Source of the DNA: an uncultured Bacilli bacterium
GTDB lineage: Bacteria > Bacillota_I > Bacilli_A > RFN20 > CAG-826
Assembly (NCBI GenBank): GCA_905236535.1
Contig: CAJOQN010000073.1
Location: 1 to 45,073 of the forward strand
DNA: 45,073 nucleotides
Direction of reading: 5' to 3'
Shown: positions 28,414 to 38,500 of the stretch, in pieces
Numbering within the stretch: the first letter of the stretch is position 1
Layout: every line of letters starts with the position of its first letter
Position numbers and translations under genes: made by a program
The notes under the pieces: model-generated
Database searches by the model: none
Told to the model about the DNA's origin: nothing
The model's input: only the letters and a program-made list of their open reading frames with translations

Positions 28414-29484
28414 ATGAGATATTCTATCGTTTTAGCGGCCGGTAAAGGCCTAAGAATGAAATCAAAAGAAGAAGATTCTAAAGTATCCTTTCCTATTTTA
28501 GGAAAACCAATCATTGGATATGTACTTGATGTTCTAGATACATTAAAAATTGACAAACAAATAGTGGTCGTGGGTTTTGGTGGAGAAACCATTAAAAAAA
28601 TCGTAGGAGACCGCGCGGAAACTGTGTGGCAAGATGTTCAAAGAGGAACAGGGCACGCAGCCTTACAAGCGTATGATTTATTACACGAATTAGAGGGAGA
28701 AACCATCATCTTATCTGGAGACACCCCTCTTTTGACAAAAGACACTCTTAAAAATTTGTTTAAAAAGCACGAACGTTATGAAAACGACGTCACTATTTTA
28801 ACTGCCTATCTTGAAAAACCAGAAGGGTATGCGAGAATTATCCGTGATCCAAAAAGTCAAAAGATTGTCGCGGTGAAAGATGAAAAAGATTGCTCCTATG
28901 ATGAAAAGCAATTTAACGAAGTTAATACAGGCGCGTATATCTTTAATAACAAATTACTTTTTGAAATGTTAAAAAAAGAAAATCCAGACGGCAACCAACA
29001 ATCACAACTTTCAAATATCGTAACCAAAATTATTAATGAAGGTTTTAAGGTTGATTCTTATGTAACACTAGACCAAGAAGAAGCTTTTTCTATCGCTAAT
29101 AGACAACAACTATCTTATGTAAGTAAAGTTTTGTCTAAAAAGATTAATAAGAAATTGATGATGAATGGTGTTTCAATTGAAGACCTCAATTCCACCCATA
29201 TCTCCCCAGATGTCGAAATTGGTCAAGACACCATTATTCTTCCAAACACCATCATTTTGGGCAAGTGCCAAATTGGAGAAGAAAACTACATCGGTCCAAA
29301 TGCTTATATCTCGAATTCTAATATCGGGAATAGAAACACAATCAAAGGGTCGTGGATAGAAGACTCATCTCTTGGTGATGATAACATCGTTGAACCAAAC
29401 GCTGTCATAAGCGAAAATACCTCAATTGGAAACAACCAAAAATTAGAATCATTCCAACTTTATAAAAACAAAACAATTCGCTAA
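28414..29484 (+). CDS. glmU: GlmU-family sugar-1-phosphate nucleotidyltransferase with a shortened left-handed beta-helix domain
   Basis: LAAGKGLRMKS, QRGTGHAA, ILSGDTPLL and EVNTGAYIF match the GlmU uridyltransferase blocks. The hexapeptide-repeat region spans only about 100 aa (356 aa total, against about 450-460 for canonical GlmU). SD AAGGAG lies upstream. Confidence 0.7.
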   Translation: MRYSIVLAAGKGLRMKSKEEDSKVSFPILGKPIIGYVLDVLDTLKIDKQIVVVGFGGETIKKIVGDRAETVWQDVQRGTGHAALQAYDLLHELEGETIILSGDTPLLTKDTLKNLFKKHERYENDVTILTAYLEKPEGYARIIRDPKSQKIVAVKDEKDCSYDEKQFNEVNTGAYIFNNKLLFEMLKKENPDGNQQSQLSNIVTKIINEGFKVDSYVTLDQEEAFSIANRQQLSYVSKVLSKKINKKLMMNGVSIEDLNSTHISPDVEIGQDTIILPNTIILGKCQIGEENYIGPNAYISNSNIGNRNTIKGSWIEDSSLGDDNIVEPNAVISENTSIGNNQKLESFQLYKNKTIR

Positions 29485-29513
29485 AAATATTAAGGTTTTG
29501 CTGAAAAAACAAT

Positions 29514-29547
29514 AAAAAACTCTGGGTTTTGAAGCTCAGAGTTTTGT
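29514..29547. terminator. Bidirectional terminator between convergent glmU and ppdK
   Basis: AAAACTCTG(gg) at 29516-29526 pairs with (ct)CAGAGTTTT at 29535-29545. A runs precede it and T runs follow it, so it can work on both strands. Confidence 0.6.
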
Positions 29548-29566
29548 TTAAGTTTTAGCTAAGCAA

Positions 29567-32212
29567 CTATTTCTTTCTTGGGAATTTAATAGCGGCTTGA
29601 GCAGCGGCAAGTCTAGCAACTGGAACACGGAATGGTGAGCAGGAGACATAGTCTAAACCAGCTTTGTGATAGAATTCGATGGAGTTTGGTTCACCACCGG
29701 TTTCACCACAGACACCAATGTGTAAGTCTGGTCTTGTCTTACGACCATTTTCAACAGAGAATTTGACAAGTTTGCCAACACCATGTTGATCTAAGGTCTT
29801 GAATGGATCTTCTTCTAAGATCTTATTCGCATAATAATCTGGGAGGAATTTGGAAGCATCATCACGAGAGAATCCAAAGGTCATTTGGGTTAAGTCGTTG
29901 GTGCCGAATGAGAAGAATTCTGCTTCTTCAGCAATCTCATCAGATAATAAGGCAGCACGTGGAATTTCAATCATGGTACCAACATGATATTTCATGTTAA
30001 CACCAGCAGCCTTGATAGCTTCATCCGCGGTTTTTGTAACGATTGCTTTGACGAATTTTAATTCTCTAATATCGAGAGTTAATGGAATCATGATTTCTGG
30101 TTCAATCTTTAAACCACGTCTAGCATTGACCGCGATAGCGGCTTTGATGATAGCGCGGGTTTGCATTTCACCAATTTCAGGATAGGAGACGTCAAGACGG
30201 CATCCACGGTGACCCATCATTGGGTTGAATTCGTGTAAATCAGAAATTCTCTTTTTGATGAATTCGACAGTGTGGCCGGTGGCTTCTGCTAATTCTAAAA
30301 TCTTATCATCTTCTTGTGGTAAGAATTCGTGTAGTGGTGGGTCAAGTAAACGAACGTTTACATTGAGTTCGCCCATTTCTTCAAAGAGACCTTCAAAGTC
30401 TTTTTGTTGTAATGGTTCGATTTCTGCTAAAGCAGCAACTCTTTCTTCCTTGGTTTCAGCAAGAATCATCTTACGGAAGTGGAAGATTTTATCTTTATCA
30501 AAAAACATGTGTTCAGTACGGCAGAGACCAATACCTTGAGCACCAAATAATTTAGCTTGGTGTGCATCTCTTGGAGTATCAGCATTAGCACGAACTTTTA
30601 AATCTCTAGCGCGGTCAACCCAGCCCATTAAGCGGCCAAAGTCACCACTGCTGAGGTCTGGTGCAACCTTTTTAATGTCACCAACATAGACACTACCGGT
30701 GGAACCATCAAGTGATAAGACATCTTGATCGGTATAAACTTTTCCACCAATGGTGAGGGTGCGAGCTTCTTCGTTGATTAATGCATCAGCGCATCCAGTG
30801 ATACAGCATTTACCCATACCACGAGCAACAACGGCGGCGTGAGAAGTCATACCACCACGCATCGTTAAGATACCTTCAGAAGCGATCATACCAATAAGGT
30901 CTTCTGGAGAGGTTTCGGCACGAACGAGGACAACTTTTTCACCAGCTTTATGTCTGGTTTCTGCTTCTTCAGCGGTGAAAGCGATTTTACCTGTTCCGGC
31001 GCCTGGGCCTGCAGGATTGCCTTTGGCAATTAATCTATCTTTGGCTGAGTCTAAATCAGCTTTATCAAAGTTAGGTAATAATAATTTATCGAAGGAAACT
31101 GGGTCAATTCTTAAGACGGCTTCGTCTTCAGTAATTAAGCCTTCATCAACCATGTCACACGCCATCTTGAGGGCGGCAGCAGGAGTTCTCTTACCGTTTC
31201 TGGTTTGTAAGAAGTAAAGTTTTCCTTCTTCAACAGTGAATTCCATATCTTGCATATCGCGATAGTGGAGTTCCATGTTCTTAATGGTTTTGACGAATTG
31301 TTCGTAGACTTCAGGCATTCTTCTCTTTAATTCATCGATGTGGAGAGGAGTGCGGATACCTGCAACAACATCTTCACCTTGTGCGTTTGGTAAATATTCA
31401 GCAGAGATTTCTTTTTCACCGGTAGCAGCGTTTCTTGAGAAGGCAACACCAGTTCCAGATGTCTCACCTTTGTTACCAAAGGCCATGGATTGAACGTTAA
31501 CAGCGGTTCCCCAAGAATAAGGAATGCTGTATTGCATACGGTAAATATTAGCACGTGGGTTGTCCCAAGATCTGAAGACCGCGGCAACCGCTTCTAATAA
31601 TTGAACTTTTGGATCAGATGGGAATTCTTCACCAAAGGTCTTTTTGTAATATTCTTTATAACGTTTGACTAAGTCTCTAAGTTGTTCGGTTGTGACTTCG
31701 GTATCGAGTTTGTAACCGTTTTTCGTCTTGATTTCTTCGAGCATCTTGTCCATATCATCTCTTGGGTGTCCTTTAGCGATGTTTGTGAACATGAGGATGA
31801 AACGACGATAAGAGTCTAACGCGAATCTTTCATTATTTGTTTCTCTTGCTAATGCTTCGCAAGTGGTTTCGTTTAAACCTAAGTTTAAGATGGTATCCAT
31901 CATACCAGGCATACTCACACGAGCGCCAGAACGGACAGACACTAATAATGGTTTGCTACTTCCACCAAATGTTTTTCCAGTTTTCTTTTCAACGCCTTTA
32001 ATAGCGTCGAAGATTTGTTCTCTAACAAATTCTGGAATGGCCTTGCCACTATCATAATAGAGAGTGCAGGCTTCTGTGGTGATAGTAAAACCTTCTGGTA
32101 CTGGGACACCAATGTGTGTCATTTCTGCTAAACCAGCACCTTTACCACCTAAGAGTTCCTTTCCTAAACCGAAAGCTTCTTCAAAGGGGTAAACATATCT
32201 TTTTTCAGCCAT
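29567..32212 (-). CDS. ppdK: Pyruvate, phosphate dikinase
   Basis: Length 881 aa. The ATP-grasp N-terminus is GGKGAGLAEM. The phosphohistidine block is RGGMTSHAAVVARGMGKCC. The PEP-utilizer C-terminal blocks are GLCRTEHMFF, SFGTNDLTQM and GVCGETGGEP. A strong SD, TAGGAGGAA, is present. Confidence 0.95.
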   Translation of the reverse strand: MAEKRYVYPFEEAFGLGKELLGGKGAGLAEMTHIGVPVPEGFTITTEACTLYYDSGKAIPEFVREQIFDAIKGVEKKTGKTFGGSSKPLLVSVRSGARVSMPGMMDTILNLGLNETTCEALARETNNERFALDSYRRFILMFTNIAKGHPRDDMDKMLEEIKTKNGYKLDTEVTTEQLRDLVKRYKEYYKKTFGEEFPSDPKVQLLEAVAAVFRSWDNPRANIYRMQYSIPYSWGTAVNVQSMAFGNKGETSGTGVAFSRNAATGEKEISAEYLPNAQGEDVVAGIRTPLHIDELKRRMPEVYEQFVKTIKNMELHYRDMQDMEFTVEEGKLYFLQTRNGKRTPAAALKMACDMVDEGLITEDEAVLRIDPVSFDKLLLPNFDKADLDSAKDRLIAKGNPAGPGAGTGKIAFTAEEAETRHKAGEKVVLVRAETSPEDLIGMIASEGILTMRGGMTSHAAVVARGMGKCCITGCADALINEEARTLTIGGKVYTDQDVLSLDGSTGSVYVGDIKKVAPDLSSGDFGRLMGWVDRARDLKVRANADTPRDAHQAKLFGAQGIGLCRTEHMFFDKDKIFHFRKMILAETKEERVAALAEIEPLQQKDFEGLFEEMGELNVNVRLLDPPLHEFLPQEDDKILELAEATGHTVEFIKKRISDLHEFNPMMGHRGCRLDVSYPEIGEMQTRAIIKAAIAVNARRGLKIEPEIMIPLTLDIRELKFVKAIVTKTADEAIKAAGVNMKYHVGTMIEIPRAALLSDEIAEEAEFFSFGTNDLTQMTFGFSRDDASKFLPDYYANKILEEDPFKTLDQHGVGKLVKFSVENGRKTRPDLHIGVCGETGGEPNSIEFYHKAGLDYVSCSPFRVPVARLAAAQAAIKFPRKK

Positions 32213-32234
32213 ATTATTCCTCCTAATAGCCTAA

Positions 32235-32255
32235 GTGTTATAAACTTTATAACAC
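32235..32255. promoter_or_regulatory. Perfect 9-3-9 palindrome in the ppdK 5' region (operator or 5' stem-loop candidate)
   Basis: GTGTTATAA-ACT-TTATAACAC. It lies between a candidate extended -10 (minus strand TGcTAGAAT, 32274-32266) and the ppdK SD. Confidence 0.4.
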
Positions 32256-32357
32256 CATCATTTCAATTCTAGCACACCAACATAATCAAAACTATAAAAA
32301 ACCACTTTTATTAAAAAATAGCTTTTTGTGGTAATATAAGAACAAAAGGAAACCACT

Positions 32358-33920
32358 ATGAACAAAAATCCATTAGTCTTAACCATTGATGTAGGTACCC
32401 AGTCATTAAGAGCGTCTTTGGTTGATAAAAAAGGGAATATCATTTCACTTATTAAAAATAAATATGACCCCGTTTATCTTTCACCTGAAAACGGGCAGGC
32501 AGAACAAGATGCCGATTTTTATTGGAATCACTGCGTTAGCGCTTTAAAAGAATTAGCTAAAGCAAATCCAGGTAAGATTGAAAATATTTGCGGAGCAACG
32601 GTTACAACCTTTAGAGATAGTGCGGTTTTATTAGACGCAAATTATAAACCAATTAGAAGTGTTATCTTATGGTTGGACCAAAGAATGGCAAAAGCAAAAG
32701 AAAGGCTTCCTACCCTCCATTCGTTAGCGTTTAAACTCGTGGGTATGGAAAACACTATCGTTCTTAATAGAAAAAGAACAATGGCCCACTGGATCAAAGA
32801 AAATCAACCAGATGTTTGGTTGAAAACCAAAAAGTATGTAAACATCTCAACATATCTCATCTATAAGTTAACAGGTAGACTTGCTGATTCTCCTTCAGGA
32901 TTGACCGGTCATTATCCAATCAACTTTAAAAAGAGAAAATGGTATAAAGAAGGTGCATTAAAAGGACGCGTTTTCGGTATTCCAAGCAGAATGCTCTGCG
33001 AATTAGTCGATCCTTGCGAAATAATTTCCACCATCAAAGATGAAGTCGCAGATGAAACCGGACTTCCAAGAGGCATTAAAGTTTATGCTTCCGGTTCTGA
33101 TAAGGGATGTGAAACTTTAGGTTTAGGAGCGCTTAGCAAAGATATAGCCGCTATTTCATATGGAACCGCTTCAACGGTTGAAGTTTCGAATAAAAAATAC
33201 CATGAACCAGAACCATTCCTTCCTGCTTATGGTGCGGTTGTTCCTAATTGGTACAATATGGAAGTTCAAATCTATCGTGGTTATTGGATGATTGGATGGT
33301 TCACCAAAGAATTTGCTGCCAAAGAAGCTTTACAAGCAGAAATTCAATCAACCGCGGTTGAAGAAGTTTTAAATCACAACCTTGCTTCTATTCCACCGGG
33401 ATCAGACGGATTAGTGTTACAACCATATTGGGGACCAGGTCTTAAAAGACCTCTCGCGAAAGGTGCAATCGTAGGTTTCTCGGATATTCATACCCGCGAA
33501 CACATGTATAGGGCCATCATTGAAGGTATCGCTTACGCATTAAGAGAAGGTTTAGAAGGAATTGAAAAATCTCAAAAACACAGAGTTAAAGAAATTAGAA
33601 TTTCTGGTGGTGGATCGCAAAACGACGCTATTTGCCAAATTACCGCCGACATCTTCGGACTCCCTGTATATAGAGTTCAAACAATTGAGGCCACAACACT
33701 AGGAGCGGCAACTTCTGTCTTCTATGCATGCGGTGAGTTCCAATCTGTTGAAGAAGGCATGAAATCAATGGCTCACATCACTGATGTGTTTACCCCAGAT
33801 AGACTCGCAAACCAACAATATCAATATCTTTATAAACACGTTTATCTCAAATTATTCCCACAGCTTGATTCTGTTTATAGGAACCTTAAAAGGTACGATA
33901 ACAAGTTCAAAGGAAAATAA
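32358..33920 (+). CDS. FGGY-family carbohydrate kinase (substrate unknown)
   Basis: The N-terminal phosphate-1 motif is LTIDVGTQSLRASLVDKKGN, and the C-terminal block is RISGGGSQNDAICQITADIFGLPV. Length 520 aa. SD AAAGGAA lies upstream. Confidence 0.8.
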   Translation: MNKNPLVLTIDVGTQSLRASLVDKKGNIISLIKNKYDPVYLSPENGQAEQDADFYWNHCVSALKELAKANPGKIENICGATVTTFRDSAVLLDANYKPIRSVILWLDQRMAKAKERLPTLHSLAFKLVGMENTIVLNRKRTMAHWIKENQPDVWLKTKKYVNISTYLIYKLTGRLADSPSGLTGHYPINFKKRKWYKEGALKGRVFGIPSRMLCELVDPCEIISTIKDEVADETGLPRGIKVYASGSDKGCETLGLGALSKDIAAISYGTASTVEVSNKKYHEPEPFLPAYGAVVPNWYNMEVQIYRGYWMIGWFTKEFAAKEALQAEIQSTAVEEVLNHNLASIPPGSDGLVLQPYWGPGLKRPLAKGAIVGFSDIHTREHMYRAIIEGIAYALREGLEGIEKSQKHRVKEIRISGGGSQNDAICQITADIFGLPVYRVQTIEATTLGAATSVFYACGEFQSVEEGMKSMAHITDVFTPDRLANQQYQYLYKHVYLKLFPQLDSVYRNLKRYDNKFKGK

Positions 33921-33924
33921 AAAA

Positions 33925-33970
33925 ATAATGGTGATTTTTGCAAATATTCAAGCAAATCACCATTTTTTTG
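33925..33970. terminator. Bidirectional terminator between the convergent FGGY kinase and DUF368 genes
   Basis: The 11-bp stem is AATGGTGATTT (33927-33937) / AAATCACCATT (33954-33964), with an A run before it and a T run after it. Confidence 0.7.
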
Positions 33971-33971
33971 A

Positions 33972-34931
33972 TTAATTTTCAGTTATTTCTTGTTGCTGTT
34001 CGAGCAATATTTTTTGTTTGCGATTATATCTGACTAATAGGTAAGACAAGACAATCCCGCCAGACAACAACACAAATCCGATAATCATTTCTAGCCACAT
34101 TGGTAAATAGCCTTGTTCACCAGCTGCCCACTTTTGATAATATGCATAGATGTCGTGATTAAAGAATAATGCAATCGTGGAGCCTACAATAAAACCAATT
34201 ATTCCCCAGAAAGTTTTGATTCTCCAATTCTTTAATAAGAATCCCATGAATTTAGCAATGGTAAAGAAACCAATAATAACCCCAATACCGAAGCATAAGA
34301 TTTCTAAAACAATTACCCAGAAATTTTCTCCACCAATGTGTGTAATAGCGAAAGTTGCTCTTTCTAATAAAGGTGTATAAAAACCTAAAACCAAAAGAAT
34401 CATAGATCCAGAAATACCAGGCACTACTAAAGCGGTTGATGCTAAAGCACCAACAGGAATTAATAACAAATAGAACCACCATTCAGGATTTATAAACCAG
34501 TTTGAAATATCGATTTTGTCACCCAATAAAGCAGAAGCAACTCCAATACCAATTGCCACTAAAGCTGTAATAATGCATATAAATATGCATAATTTTCCAG
34601 GTTTCTCGCTTTTAACTTCATCAAAAATCCCCGGGAATGAACCAATAATCAAACCCGCAAAAAGACAGATGATTGCAAATAATAAGCCAGAAAAAGCGTA
34701 ATGAAATAATATAATGCAAGGCACTATGCCTAAAATAACACCTAATAAAATAGGCAAAAGAATCAAAAACGATTTAACAAAATGCTTGAATAAATCTCCG
34801 ATGGCTTCAAGAAGTTTATCATAAACCTTTAAAATGACCGCGATTGTGCCACCGCTTACACCAGGAACTGCGGCAGCGACACCTATGCCAACACCTGCTA
34901 ATAAAGATTTAAACCAGTTTTTAACTTTCAT
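33972..34931 (-). CDS. DUF368-family polytopic membrane protein (family recently linked to undecaprenyl-phosphate recycling, PopT-like)
   Basis: The two internally repeated signature segments are VPGVSGGTIAVILKVYDKL and VPGISGSMILLVLGFY. About 8-10 TM helices; length 319 aa. Confidence 0.7.
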   Translation of the reverse strand: MKVKNWFKSLLAGVGIGVAAAVPGVSGGTIAVILKVYDKLLEAIGDLFKHFVKSFLILLPILLGVILGIVPCIILFHYAFSGLLFAIICLFAGLIIGSFPGIFDEVKSEKPGKLCIFICIITALVAIGIGVASALLGDKIDISNWFINPEWWFYLLLIPVGALASTALVVPGISGSMILLVLGFYTPLLERATFAITHIGGENFWVIVLEILCFGIGVIIGFFTIAKFMGFLLKNWRIKTFWGIIGFIVGSTIALFFNHDIYAYYQKWAAGEQGYLPMWLEMIIGFVLLSGGIVLSYLLVRYNRKQKILLEQQQEITEN

Positions 34932-35000
34932 AGTTAAATTGAATATAACATTTTAAGAATTATAACGCTATTCAATTATTTTTATTATAAATAAAACCTG

Positions 35001-35009
35001 TGATATAAT
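35001..35009 (+). promoter_or_regulatory. Extended -10 element upstream of pth
   Basis: TGaTATAAT ends 14 nt before the pth ATG. This implies a very short 5' UTR with no SD. Confidence 0.4.
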
Positions 35010-35023
35010 ATTAACCAGATTTT

Positions 35024-35575
35024 ATGAAACTTATTGTTGGTCTTGGAAATCCTGGTAAAAAATACGAACACACCCGTCATAACGCGGGCTTCGATGTTGT
35101 TGATCTATTTTCCGATTTAGCGCAGATAGATATCGACAAAGAGGTTTTTGATGGTTTTTTGGGTCGTGGCAAAGTGCTTGGGGAAGATGTTATTCTTTTT
35201 AAACCAACCACTTTTATGAATTTGTCAGGAACCGCGGTCAGAAAAGTTGTCAATTTTTTTAAAATTGATTTGGATGATATCGTTGTTGTTTTTGATGATA
35301 TGGCTCTTCCTGTTGGAAGTATCAGATTAAGAATTGAAGGCTCTTCTGGCGGACATAAAGGAATGCAAAACATCATTGAGCAACTAGGCACTGAAAAAAT
35401 CAAACGCATTCGCATAGGAATTGGCGAGCCAGAATTCGATGCTATTGATTATGTTTTAACGAAACCAACAAAAGAAGAAAAACCACTTATTGATGAAGCG
35501 ATCAAAAATGCAGTTTCCGCTCTTAAAGAATCATTAAAATCTACCTTTGAAAAAGCAATGTCTCTATTTAATTAA
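35024..35575 (+). CDS. pth: Peptidyl-tRNA hydrolase
   Basis: MKLIVGLGNPGKKYEHTRHNAGF, FMNLSG and SGGHKGMQNI are present. Length 183 aa. Confidence 0.95.
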   Translation: MKLIVGLGNPGKKYEHTRHNAGFDVVDLFSDLAQIDIDKEVFDGFLGRGKVLGEDVILFKPTTFMNLSGTAVRKVVNFFKIDLDDIVVVFDDMALPVGSIRLRIEGSSGGHKGMQNIIEQLGTEKIKRIRIGIGEPEFDAIDYVLTKPTKEEKPLIDEAIKNAVSALKESLKSTFEKAMSLFN

Positions 35576-35586
35576 GGAGGTATTCC

Positions 35587-38500
35587 TTGGAACTTTTTTC
35601 CAAGCTTAAATTTAACAAAAACATACCCCCCCTCGAAAGTCAAAAGGGGTCTTTTGTGGTTGATGATATTGTTGGTGTTTCTGTCCTAGTATCCACCTAT
35701 TTTAAAAACGACCCAGATAATTATTTAATCGTGGCCCGAAATCTATATAATGCCCAAAACATATATAACCTACTAGTCTCTTTTTTAGGAAAAGAAAATG
35801 TTTTATTATTTCCGGTCGATGAATTAATTAGATCGGATTTAATTGCCCAATCAAAAGAGATGGTTGCCCAACGCTTGTATGTTTTAAATGAAATAATTAA
35901 AAACAAAAACAAAAAAGTTGTTGTTACTTCCGTTACAGGAGCAATTAGATATTTGCCAAGTTCGAAACGTTTCATCGATTCTAGTTTCTCTTTTGAGGTT
36001 GATAAAACATACGACTTAAGTGATATAAAGGTAAAATTGTCTAAAGCTGGTTATCTAAAAGTTAATAAAGTTGATTCCTCTTTACAGTTCGCCGCGAGAG
36101 GAGATATTGTTGATATCTTTTCAATCAATAATGAGCACCCTGTAAGAATTGAATTTTTTGGTGATGTAATTGAATCAATTAGGTTTTTTGATATTGCTAC
36201 TCAGACATCAATTAAGTCTGTTAAAAAGATTGAAATTTTACCGAGTTCTGATGTTTTATTTAGTGATGAAGAAGCTGTTAATTCAACCAATATATTAAAA
36301 TCTCATTTAAACGATGATATTGAAAAATTGTCTCTTCTTTCTAAAGAAAGGTTGAATGAAACAATTGAAGAATTAATTGATAAAGTCATAACTTCTAACC
36401 TTGATCAAGGTGTTTATAAATATTATTCTCTTTTATCAAATGATTTATGGTGTTTATTTGATTATTGTTATTCATATAAAAAGATTCTTGTCGATAAAGA
36501 TCAAATTAATAAATCATTAGAACTTTATAATCAAGAATCACTACATTATTTAATCGATTTATATGAAGATGGGAAATGTTTAAGAAACCTTTCAATTGGA
36601 TGGGATTTTGAAAGTATTGTAAAACCCCAAGAGCATCTTTGGTGGACGAGTACTTTTAAAACAAACGATAAAGATTTTGTCTTTTCAATTAAACCAATTC
36701 CATATCAATCAAACAAAAGAAGTGAAGCGTTAGAAATCATTAGAGCGTATTTAAACGACGAATATTCTCTATTGATTTTAATGGACACTAAAGAGCATAT
36801 TTATTTGCTTCAAGACATGTTATCTTCAATCAATATTCAATACGATTTTTGCGAAGGTTTAACAATACCCTACAATAATAAAGTTGGAATATCGCTTTTT
36901 AACTGCCCAATGGGCTTTGTGTTACCAGATGAAAAAATAGCAGTTTTAACCGCGAAAGAACTATTTAATATCAAAATAAAATCAATTGCATATTCCGACA
37001 AATTTAAAGAAGGAGCAATTATAAAATCGTTTGAAGATTTATCTCCGGGCGATTATGTTGTCCACGAATATGAAGGCATTGGTAAATTCGTCAAATTAGA
37101 AACTCTTTTAATCGAAGGGCAAAGTAAAGATTTTCTCAAACTTATCTATCGAAATGATGAACTTTTATATGTCCCATTATCTCAATTCCATTTAGTGCGT
37201 AAATATATTGGAAAAGAAGGATTTGTGCCTCGTCTTTCTAAACTTCATGGAAAAGATTGGGAAAACACCAAACAAAAAATTAAAGAACGAATTAGTGATC
37301 TCGCGAAGAGATTAATGGATTTATATATAGAAAGAAGCAAAGTTAAAGGCATTTCTTTTAGAAAAGACGATGAGATGCAAGAAGACTTTGAAAAAGATTT
37401 TCTATACGCTTTGACCGAAGACCAAGAAAGATCTTTAAGAGAAATTAAAGAAGATATGGAAAGCGAAAGACCAATGGACCGTTTATTATGCGGTGACGTT
37501 GGTTTTGGAAAGACAGAATTAGCCTTTAGAGCCGCTTTTAAAGCCATTCTTTCAGGTAAACAAGTTGCGTTTTTGTGCCCCACAACGCTTTTAGCTAGAC
37601 AACATTATGAATTAGCAAAAGATAGGTTTCTTCCCTATGGTGTAAACGTTGGAATGTTATCAAGATTAACTAATCCAGAAGACGAAGAGAATTACGTAAA
37701 GCAGGTTAATAACGGTCAAATGGATTTAATTATTGGAACCCACCGTTTATTATCAAAAGATATTCAATTTAAAAATCTTGGTTTGTTAATAATTGATGAG
37801 GAACAAAGATTTGGTGTTGAACAAAAAGAAAAGATTAAAGCCATGAAGACTAACATCGATGTTTTAACCATATCTGCAACACCAATTCCAAGAACTCTTC
37901 AAATATCTTTATTAGGAGTTAGATCTTTATCACAGATTAACACCCCACCACATGAAAGAATGCCAATTCAGACATATGTAACCCCGTATAAACCTGATGT
38001 CATAAAAGAATTAATTTCACGAGAATTATCGAGGAATGGGCAGGTATTTTACCTTCATAATCAAGTTATTGATATTTATCGAAAGGCCGCTGAAATCCAA
38101 GAATTAGTGCCAAACGCTAAAGTTGGAGTTGCACACGGACAAATGAATAAAAAAGCTATGGAAGATGTCATGATCAGCTTCTATAATGGCGATTTAGATG
38201 TTTTAATCGCTACCTCAATCGTGGAGAACGGAATAGATGTTCCAAACGCAAATATGATTATTGTTGAAGACTCACAAAGATATGGTTTGGCGCAACTTTA
38301 TCAAATAAAAGGAAGAGTGGGAAGAAGTGATAGAATTGCTTATGCATATTTGATGTATCCAGATAGTAGAAAATTAAATGATAAAGCAAGAGAGAGGTTA
38401 AAAGCACTTCAGGAATTTACCGAACTTGGTTCCGGTTATAAAATCGCTCAAAGAGACTTATTGATTAGAGGGGCTGGTGATGTTTTGGGTCCTGAACAAG

